DNA of 62,571 bases, the filler included, from Choristocarpus tenellus KU-1152 (lineage: Eukaryota; Protista; Phaeophyceae), in NCBI GenBank assembly GCA_964200185.2. It is 12 parts of 12 records of this genome, joined end to end, with 100 filler letters (N's around TTAATTAATTAA, not from the genome) between each part and the next. Parts side by side here need not be neighbours in the genome. Positions count along the whole stretch, not along the records: positions 53,363 to 55,958 come from CAXNAD020026427.1; positions 56,059 to 58,757 come from CAXNAD020025539.1; positions 58,858 to 62,571 come from CAXNAD020018343.1; 9 more parts are not named here. The stretch is one strand, 5' to 3'. Within the stretch, counting starts at the first letter, position 1. Every line of letters starts with the position of its first letter. Shown here piece by piece: positions 53,521-62,571 of the stretch. The position numbers and the translations under genes are program-made. The notes under the pieces are model-generated. The model was not told the DNA's origin. It did not search any database and saw only the letters and a program-made list of their open reading frames with translations.

Positions 53521-54559
53521 AATTGCCATTTGGTAACATAGGGGCTTCAGTTCCGAGTCTGTCAGTTTTCTCCAACATAGGGACTCCAGTTCCAAATTAA
53601 CCCATGGATTCCTACAATGATCAACAATCCTCTCGTTCTCTTCGAGAACGGATCCTCAAAATTCGTAAGGCACAGTCAAGATCAATATATGTCTGACCAG
53701 ATAAGAGTATATACTTTTATTATAAGAATATATTACTCCAACTAGCCTCAAAACAGGTCGGAAAATATCCTTGTCTACCCTGGGAAAATTTTCCAAGGTC
53801 ACAAAATAACATTAGAGTCAGATTGCCCCTGGCCTAGTCCGAGTAATACCTTGTTTCGTTTGAACTGGACCTTCAAAAGTTACAAAATACCTAGCTATGA
53901 TTAGGCATACAATTCATGTGTCTTCTGTTCCAATCTTCCCAGTTATATAAATGTAAGTGCTATCAAGGATTAGACTTACATTGTTCATGACCTACACAAC
54001 ATCTGATTATTGCCTGTCCTATGCCCCCCATGCAGAAAGCATGCTCAAGGCTGCTAGTGTGCAAAACAGACAATGAAAAGAATAAATAAATAAAGAAGGG
54101 TCAGCGAGAGCAACAAACAGTACTAATAATAAATAATGAGAAGAAATCAAGATAAAATGAGCAATAAATAAATATATAATAATAAAAAATGTGTGGATAA
54201 TGAGGGTAACAAAGTGGAAACTAAATAGTAAATAAAATAAATGAAATCAAAAACAGTAAAAGGGAAGAAAAAAAGAAAAGAAAAACTCAGCAAATAAGGA
54301 GGGTAACAACTATGAAAAGAAAATGAAATTAAAAATCAGGGGATGATGGGATGAGAACTAAAAATAAATAAAATTAGAAAAACATAAGGAATCAAGATCA
54401 CAGAGAGTTGTTAATACTGTGTGCTCTAATGTGGGCAGCTTCATTTTAACTTCTGCTGTCTCACATTCCATTCAGCTACTCATGATTTTCACTGCTTTAA
54501 TCTCTTGTTCTAGTATGTACCAGCTGAACCTCACCTTGTCCCTCAGGCATACAGTTGTA

Positions 54560-55460
54560 ACCTGCTGGGAGGTTTTCTGGAGGAGGCACAGATCTCTCTC
54601 CTGCTGAATTCCTCCTTACCTCCATCCTTCAACCATACCCTCCAGTGGGGTGACTTGAACTCAAAAACTGGACCCTGTCCTACCAGTCTCTTCAGCTTTT
54701 ATCCTTCCAAAATGTTTGACACTAGTACCTATAGGGAAGAGACGTAATACACCCTCTCTGGGCAAGAGTTGTTCTTGGGTGGGAACATTAGTTGGGCATG
54801 GTCTTGTGTTAGGATTGTGAAGGTCCTAGAAGGCATGATAAACATCCAACTGTAGTAAGGTAAAGCTGTTCATTTCTTCTGTTTAGTTACCTAGTCTGAC
54901 AACTATCTATCTTAGAAGTTTCCTTTGTACTACAATACCATTTGTCAAGGTCTGTGACAAGGGTACATTGTTACTGCTCGATCTGGGTGTTAGAATGTTG
55001 ACAGAAGGTACCCATGGTGACAGTGGTGATGGTTGGGAGCGTTGAAATTCTCTAAATAACAGTTCCCTCTAGTCTTTTCTACGAAATGTTGCTCCTAAAA
55101 ACAATTTTGTATGGCAGCCCCACCATTATCCAAAAAGTCATATTGCGCACTTTTTCCTCTGGGAAAAACGCTATTGGAAGTTTGCATGACCACGGTACCA
55201 GCATTGGTAGACTATTGCACCCTCAGAGGTTTGCTGCATTTAAGGTACCTTTGCCTGCTATGTTGAGCTGTGGTAAGCAATTTTCACAAGAATAGATGGG
55301 ACCTGCACCTGTGTCAAGTAGTACCTGTCGAGTGGACTCTGTGTGGGTGACATGGCAGGGCATATATTGATACTTGACTAGTACAATGGTCAGTGTCATG
55401 GTGAACATTATCGAGGTGGGAATGAAAGTCTTGTCCATAGTTGGAATGACATGGATCGCT
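54560..55460 (-). mobile_element. Degenerate Ty3/gypsy protease region
   Basis: VLLDTGAG aspartic-protease motif followed by GTLNAAN; frame broken. Confidence 0.55.
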
Positions 55461-56687
55461 GGGGCTTCAGACTCCATGGCGTAACTTCAAGACGACTCTG
55501 CAACGTCCGAAACGGTTGTTGGGCTTCTCGCGGATAGTGGAGAAAGTTTCGAGTATTGCATCGCTGCTAGGTATCGGAGATTCGTTTCTATTAGGGCTAC
55601 CCTCGCACGAGACACTGCAGTAGATTGAGTACCAGGAGGTCCTCGGTGGGTTCCGGAAAGGTATGAGTGGATTCCTGTGGGAACTAACGAGTGGCATTTC
55701 GTATACCTGCACACTCGTCAGTTGTAGACGTGAAGCAGTCTTGACTACGGGCATGATGAAAGCAAACTTGGTGAGCCTTTAGCCATATGTCGACTTCGTC
55801 TTGTGGAGGTAGAAGATGGAGGTAAGCCTTTGCCCAAATTGTGCCGACTTCATCGTTCGCGGGTCGAAGTATCTGGGGGGGGGGGGGGGGGGTGTGGGTG
55901 GTCTTCTCTTTTTAACAAAAAAAGATTTTTTTTTTTGCTATTGTTAAAAGTAAAATATNNNNNNNNNNNNNNNNNNNNNNNNNNNNNNNNNNNNNNNNNN
56001 NNTTAATTAATTAANNNNNNNNNNNNNNNNNNNNNNNNNNNNNNNNNNNNNNNNNNNNCCCCCCCCAGATACTTTGAGTCGAAGTTGAAGTGTTGGTGCT
56101 GCAGTTCTGAATCAGATGATTGATGCTGAGTTCTACATGAGACTGAAGAACGTACTTATCAATGTATTGGGTGTATTATTGTTGTGAAGAATTTGTTTGT
56201 TGGATCGAACAGTTTATAAGATTGAATGGTTGGGAAGTCGGATGGAAGTTATGGTTACAACGGTGATTCGATCGAGGGCAGTTATGATACATTTCCAAAG
56301 TTGAGCGTTCATCCTTGTACATGTTTTTGGTGTAGGAATAATAGTGGTAGTATTAGTAGCAAAATATCTTATTTCTTTTTTGTTTGTGGTAGAGTAGTTG
56401 TACAGTTGTAATACTTCATATAGACTTGGAGAAAAAAATAAAACAAAGTGAAATGAAAAATCGCGCGAAGTGGCAACACTTGCGCGTGTCAGTTTTTTTC
56501 AAGAACAAGATCAGCCACACCTGACAACGATACCAAAGTAATACAGATACTACTTTGGGCATCTTGAACTTTTGTCCACTGTGACCTGAAGACTGCTTAT
56601 AATATCTGGTTTGCTGCGGTGCCATCTTGCTATTTTTCTGTAACCCAACGGTTACCACCTCCATTTCATCTTCAGGGAAGCACAAAC

Positions 56688-57325
56688 ATGAAAGTCCTTG
56701 GTGCTTGTGTTTTGGCAATAGCAGGGCTTCTTGAAGCAGGGGCTTTTACAGTACCTACGAATCCAACAAGGCAAGCGAGATCCCCCTCGAAGTTAAGAAG
56801 GAATTTGCAATGTCCGGACATGCTGTCCTTCGTGGTGGGTACTATTATATCTTGAGGATCAAGTCCTACATCCCCTCAATGCCATATTATAGCAGGACGT
56901 CCGCTTGTCTTGTTCGCATTGGTGTATTTTGTGATTACCCTCGGCAAAGGAAGCTCGTTGGTATCCTAAGCAAATCTTAAATGGGCTGGTGTACTCGATG
57001 TTTTCATTACACCCGACCGGGATCGATCTGTACTGTCTTGAGGACAACACCAATGTTCACAGCAAATAATAGAGACGTGTCGCATCGCGAGGTGAGTGCA
57101 CATGTTTTATACGACTGTTGACTGGCGCAGGCATCCAACTATCATAATTTTAAAGCACAGTGGGTAAGTCTCCCTTCAATGACATTGAGTGGGTGTCTTT
57201 CCCTATGATAGAAAGTTGTCATCAACAGGCGTGTTTTCCCTACCTTCCCCAACCCTTCCCTCTGTGTCACTGCAATGCATTAGGGGCCTGGGTATTTTCT
57301 CCGCAGCTCGTGCGCCAACTACGAG
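56688..57325 (+). CDS. 5' end of a gene for a putative plastid-targeted or secreted protein; structure unresolved
   Basis: MKVLGACVLAIAGLLEAGA-FTVP is a signal peptide plus ASAFAP-like motif; candidate GCAAGC donor near 56771, GTGAGT donor near 57092, 19-nt exon 57307-57325. I could not close the frame across exon 2. Confidence 0.4.
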
Positions 57326-60300
57326 GTGAGAGGGTTGATCGAGCCCATCGTTTTTCTTGTTTCCTTGTTGCTGGGTCTTTTCCTCACCCTTGGACTTTTA
57401 GTCATTGATGTACCTATTACAAACATATAATTACTAATCCCTTCAGGCACACGTCACCCAGCTACGCACAAACACAAAATAGGGGGTACCTTAAGCAAGT
57501 TCACAACGTCGCATCCCCAACTGCACCTCATCTTTGCAGTTTCATTGCTCACTTGTCACCCATCTCCTACCTCCTTTACGCCGTTCTTTCCTTCACCTGA
57601 ACGTGTTTGTGCTATCACTGTTCCTGGATGACCACGTGCAAAAGACTTATGGCTAAGGAAGGGGTTACTTTTGGAGACTTGGATGGGACAGATGTGAGGG
57701 TGGGCATTATTAAAACAAGGTAAACCAGCAATATACTCTTGATGGGCTGAGGGAAAATGTGCCTCATTGAGGCGTCATTTGTCTGCTTGTGCAAGAAGTA
57801 GTTACCAATATTGAGAATGGATTGAGTGGGCACAGGAAGCACAGATGCTCAAGCACGAGGATAGGACATATTGTGCTTGGGGAGGGAAGATGTTGAGATG
57901 GATGAGTGGAGGGGTAGTGGTGTCGCTTTGGGGGTATGTGTGTGTAGAGAAATCTCAAGGATTGTTTTTTGGTGGATCACCCACTCTCCTCTGACTGTTT
58001 GCATATTGTGGAAGTGGGTGATCACTTGTTCTTCCAGTCTCGGGAGTAGATAGGAGGCTTAATGGGAAGCTGTGATGTGCCGGTGCTTGTTGTCATATTT
58101 GACAATGTTTGGTTGGTTTGTGGTAAGTGGATACAGGTGGTTCAAGTTTTTGGTCACCAGAAGACATGTTTCGACCATGTCAATGCACCTCTTACGTGTA
58201 GAGAGCAGTTCCCTGCATTGAAAAGTACGATTGAAGCTTAAGTTCAGAGGAGAGTCTTACAGAGTGCTGTGTTTCCGTTAACGATGAATTGTTCTCCTCG
58301 TTTGATTATTTAAATTTACAGTGGACAGTTCCGTGGGTGGTGAGTAGCAGCACCTTAGTGTGCCAACCCCAGGCACAGGCGATGGTTGCAGCAATGGCAA
58401 TAGCTGGCGTAAGTTAGAGTTGATACAACATAGTTCACATCAGCTGGTTTGTGTTCGGAGGAGGAGCTTCAAGGTTAGGGGTAGGGCGCCTTTGTTTGGA
58501 CTGTATAGATGTGTATAGATGTGTACATTTCCCAACGCCGGAGTACATTTTGGTGAAAATAGTCCCATGAAGGACTTCCTTTTACTGGGCAGGAGTTTGG
58601 TGCTGCACCTACTTCGCAGCATCTGACCTCTCCCTTACCTCCTGGCTTGGACCCCCCACACACCTCCCTTCCCCTCCTGTCCCAACGATTGAATGATGGC
58701 TGCACGCTGTGCTCCTTCCTTTTTTTTTTTTTCCGGTGTCTGTCCTGACTCATGCACNNNNNNNNNNNNNNNNNNNNNNNNNNNNNNNNNNNNNNNNNNN
58801 NTTAATTAATTAANNNNNNNNNNNNNNNNNNNNNNNNNNNNNNNNNNNNNNNNNNNNGGAGGTATTCCAGCCCCTACCCCCAACGTGGTGTGCGATGGCA
58901 TACGGCCCGGTGGCAACGGTGGTGGGACAGGTCTTGTCTTTGGAACAACGGTTCCAGGTGGCAAAGGAGGGGGGGGTGGAATAGACGTCATTTCCCCGGC
59001 CACAACTCCCTCAAATTTCAATGCACTTCAGTCGCAGGAGTTCCTTCGCCTGAGTTCGTTATGTCCTGTTGATGATGTAGTCCAATAGAGTGACTTCAGG
59101 TCTTTACTGCCCTCAAGTCCAAGTCAAACTTGTAGCGTCTAATCTCAAACACCCAACTCACAGAAATTCAAACCGTTAATCCTGTATGTACTTTTCTTTC
59201 TTGGATACAAAGAAACCCTTTTCCATTTTCATCCTATCTCTATCTCCATTATATTATCCTGTAACATTCCATCCATAATGAGATTTTCATCCTTGCTGTG
59301 ACAGAAACCTGAATTAATCCAAAAAGTTTGAAACCCTTCGACGTGAGCTTGTTATACAGAATAGTGCTTTCGACAATGCGATCCCATATGGTAGACTCAA
59401 CAGATTGTTCACTGGTACTGTCGTGGTCATGGCTACACCACAAAGAGGTCAAACCAAGGTCAAGTGGAAACTTTGGGGTGGGTTCAGTTGAAGATTTGAG
59501 GTAGGAGACGGATCGACTACAGGCGGGAATGCATAGATGAAGCTTGCAAAGCAACTTGGAGGCGCATGGTGTCGAGAGTATTGATGAAGCCTACAAAAGA
59601 AACTTGGAGCTATGGTGTCCAGGAACTTCCTGTATAACGCCCATTGGTCAGGTCCATCATTTCGTGATTTTAACGTTTCTTTGAGAGGGTGATACATGTT
59701 ATTATGTTGATGTTTTGGGGTGAAGTTAGGGAAGTCGTGAAGAGAATGGTTTTGTAGGTAAGTGCAGTGACAACTTCTACAAGTTTGGCTTTGAGGATAT
59801 ATATTCAATAGCAACTACATATATAGTAATGTAGAACACCTGGTGATTTGTACATGTTAGGAATGTGGAACGAATTATTGCGTTTCATGGATACTACCAT
59901 CATAGTGCATGGCGTAAGACAGAAGAATAGGAGAACAGGAGAATACCACCTACAATCTTTTGGGCAACTTATTTTTTCTTGCGCCTATTGCCTGCAGATT
60001 CAGGTTTGTCGACCAATTTTCAAACACAAGCGCTCTCATGAAAAGATATAGCTTTATCTTTGATGTTATGCATACATAACAACTCTTCTTCCCTGACTCC
60101 GTCATTGACAAAACTGCATCATTTTATATATACATTTAAGACATATACGCCCTTTCACACAAACTGCATCCCTATTCTTTGCATCCTTCATCAAGCCACT
60201 GTCAACAATTTCACACCAAACTTCATTCTCAAAATGGTGCGGACACAACATACACACTGCTATCAAAGCTACAAACACGCCTAGTAACCCTAAGCGTCAA

Positions 60301-60388
60301 ATAACACGCACACAAGAAGAAGCTATAAAAGAGAGGAAGGTGTCATCACATTATAAGTAATGCATCTGGGTGAACACATCTTGTCGAA

Positions 60389-60646
60389 GAGTGACAGTAT
60401 CTTAGAAGTGGTCCATTTTTTCCCTGTTTGTCCGTTTGGGCCTTGGGTTCCCACGGGTTTCTTATGACATTTTACCTACTATGAAGTGTTTCGGAGTAGG
60501 TAAAATGTAAACGTTATGGAAAGTGTCTGGAACAAGGATATTGACACTTCCTAACAAACACGATAGGCACTATTACATTACAATTGCAACTTTGGATTTT
60601 GGCCCCCAAACGGATGTGGCTCTACCCTCTTAAGATACTTTGACTC
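60389..60646 (-). mobile_element. MITE family B copy
   Basis: GAGTGACAGTATCTTAGA...TAAGATACTTTGACTC; reverse complement of the 20301-20558 interior. Confidence 0.85.
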
Positions 60647-61074
60647 CTAAGACAACTCGGAGAAATATCACTCCCATGATGTTAAAAAAAAAAAAATAAC
60701 AACAAGAAAATCCACAGAGAACGGAAGAAGAAAGTGAAGGGAAAGAGGTAAGAACTCAGAGAAATATCACTCCCATGATGTTAAAAAAAAAAAAAGCGCT
60801 GCAAGGATTTCCACAGACCTCTATGATTCAACCATATACCCTACTCTAGGATATGTTGATTCGAAAATACTCAAAGAAAGTGCCAAAGAATGGAGAATGG
60901 GTTGCCTCAATGATGTATCAAACAACTGTAAGATTCAAGTCTGCTAAAACAAACGAAAACTCTGTCGTATTCATATTATGTGTACCACCAATACGAAAAG
61001 TCCCCTCTTACCTACTATCATTTCCCTCCACGTATATAATTAGCTGTGTAAGAGCCTTTTCCCAATGGGGTTCT

Positions 61075-61362
61075 GAGTGAAATTACCTTAGAGGTTACGA
61101 GTTTTGCCCTGTTTGTCCGTTTGGGGCTTGGTTTTTCCACGGGGTTTTTTGTGACATTTTCCTATTACAAAATGCTTCAGAATAGATAAAATGTATACGT
61201 TTTGGAGTAGGTTTTCATATATGAAACTATGAAAAAGTCTGTCCGAAACAAGGCTATCGACACTCCTTAACAAACCCTGTAGCCAAAATTACATCAAAAA
61301 TCCCAACATTGGATTTTGGCTCCCAAACGAACGCGGCTCTACCCTCTAAGATACTTCGTCTC
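61075..61362 (-). mobile_element. MITE family B copy with a small internal insertion
   Basis: GAGTGAAATTACCTTAGAGG...CCCTCTAAGATACTTCGTCTC. Confidence 0.85.
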
Positions 61363-61439
61363 ATACTACTACTGGCACACATCAGCCATCTAACCGTATT
61401 CTAACTCCCCTCACGTGCTGAATGTTTCATCTTGCTGCG

Positions 61440-62480
61440 TACAAATTCCTGGGTATGTACATATAAGGAACCTTCAATAAACATTACAGTTGATACTGCT
61501 ACTGACATCCAATAGTTTCACTCAGATACATTCAAGCCCACCCAACCCTTCGCAAGGCACCCATTCGGGAGATTTTAGGTGGTAAGATCATATTCTGTTC
61601 ATGGTTTCATTCAATTTACACTATGACTTGGTGACATATCAATGCCGGTCCAACCCATTGTCATACCTAACTTAGGAGTAGAGAAAAAAATTATTGGATG
61701 ACAGCATCATGTCAGCATTTGGGGCAGTGCTAGATTGGGATAAGGAGGAAATGTCGTTTAAAGACAGCGATATATATGCAACCCAGCAACTCACAAAATT
61801 ATACCACTTCCCATCTGTTCCCCCCTAAGACATGTTTGTCAGACTGCAAATCCATCACCTCATATTTCAATTTCAGTTATCACATCTAAGTTCACTACAC
61901 GAGCACATACAGCAAAAAAAAAAATACCTTCCCCCTCGCATGGAAACGCTTGTCCCAGTTTGTTCTCAGGCACTCAGAGGAACAGCTACCGATGCAGTGG
62001 TGGAACCTATCATTCATACTGGCACATACCTTCAGCAAGAGGACATACATTCCCACTGGCAACATATTATGGTCAGTCGAACCCTCACTGTTTGGGAATA
62101 AGATGGAGGATGTTTAGTCAGAATTGTCAATTTATCTCAAAAAGGGGTCAAGCTGCCTGCGAATTTTGTAGTGGGTCATATCTCCCCTGTGTCAACCACA
62201 TATTCCCTTTCGGATGTTACCACAAGTGCAGTTGCAGTCACACCCCCTACCCCCAAAGAACTGAAACAAGCTAGGGATGATTTGAAGAAGATTTTTTCTA
62301 AGGAGGCGTTTGAAAATACGCAACTAAATCTTTCTGAACAAGAGGAATTAGTAGATATTGTGGCTAAATTCAGACCAGTCTTTTCATTATCTGAACATGA
62401 ATTTGGTTGTTACACTACTCCTTTTGTTGTTTTCCACTACAACCAGGCACTACCCCGGTTAGTATACCACCGTATTGCAC
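61440..62480 (+). mobile_element. Degenerate Ty3/gypsy protease to pre-RT region, ending at a MITE-A terminus
   Basis: VDTA protease-like remnant near 61490; LSEQEELVDIVAKFRPVFSLSEHEFGC resembles the gypsy segment just before RT. Confidence 0.55.
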
Positions 62481-62571
62481 GGCACAAAAAATATGACCCA
62501 AAGTATCTGGGGGGGGGGGGTTCTACATGTTAAAACATAGGCTACTCATTTGTTCCTTGTTGATATGATAC

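Larger units (their letters stand above)
4673..58857. other. 11 artificial contig-joining linkers (N44-TTAATTAATTAA-N44) at 4673-4772, 8514-8613, 13660-13759, 21194-21293, 26363-26462, 38026-38125, 43125-43224, 47109-47208, 53263-53362, 55959-56058, 58758-58857
   Basis: Identical 100-nt structure each time; TTAATTAATTAA places stops in all six frames. Confidence 0.98.

Noticed and set aside
5555-58485. Scattered CCCTAA/TTAGGG motifs (about 5559, 27180, 41350, 47760, 58472) as telomeric arrays
   Set aside because: One or two units each; too short to call.
58858-59030. Polyproline (formin FH1-like) minus-strand exon
   Set aside because: Low complexity, in-frame stop just upstream, cut by the contig end; not enough support.

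Overview
This window is not one locus. It is 12 short eukaryotic contigs joined by 11 artificial 100-nt linkers (N44-TTAATTAATTAA-N44), so no linkage can be inferred across linkers. The DNA is intron-rich and TE-rich. A photosynthetic stramenopile, probably a brown alga or close relative, is the likely source (inference from intron style, an intronless FNIP gene, an ASAFAP-like plastid-targeting motif and an RTE-type endonuclease relic). Genes reconstructed by hand from splice sites and frame: a C2-domain gene fragment; a head-to-head pair made of a complete 4-exon GT31 galactosyltransferase-like gene and a type-II membrane, possibly GT61-like, gene; an intronless 13-repeat FNIP gene; a ubiquitin-activating enzyme E1 (UBA1) copy with two homopolymer frameshifts, an in-frame TAG and apparently missing exons; a rhomboid-like pseudoprotease gene head-to-head with it; an AKR1/ZDHHC17-like ankyrin gene fragment; and the 3' end of NOG2/GNL2. 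The intergenic and intronic space holds about 19 copies or fragments of MITE families sharing a GRSTCAAAGTATCT terminus, with 3-bp TSDs at two intact copies. It also holds relics of RTE LINE, Ty3/gypsy, Ty1/copia and mariner elements and several minisatellites. I found no rRNA, tRNA or CRISPR array. I cannot demonstrate a clearly new biological system. The best leads are the shared-terminus MITE set, the decaying UBA1, the FNIP repeat gene with a variable di-residue per repeat, the glycosyltransferase pair, and frequent GC donors and AAG acceptors.
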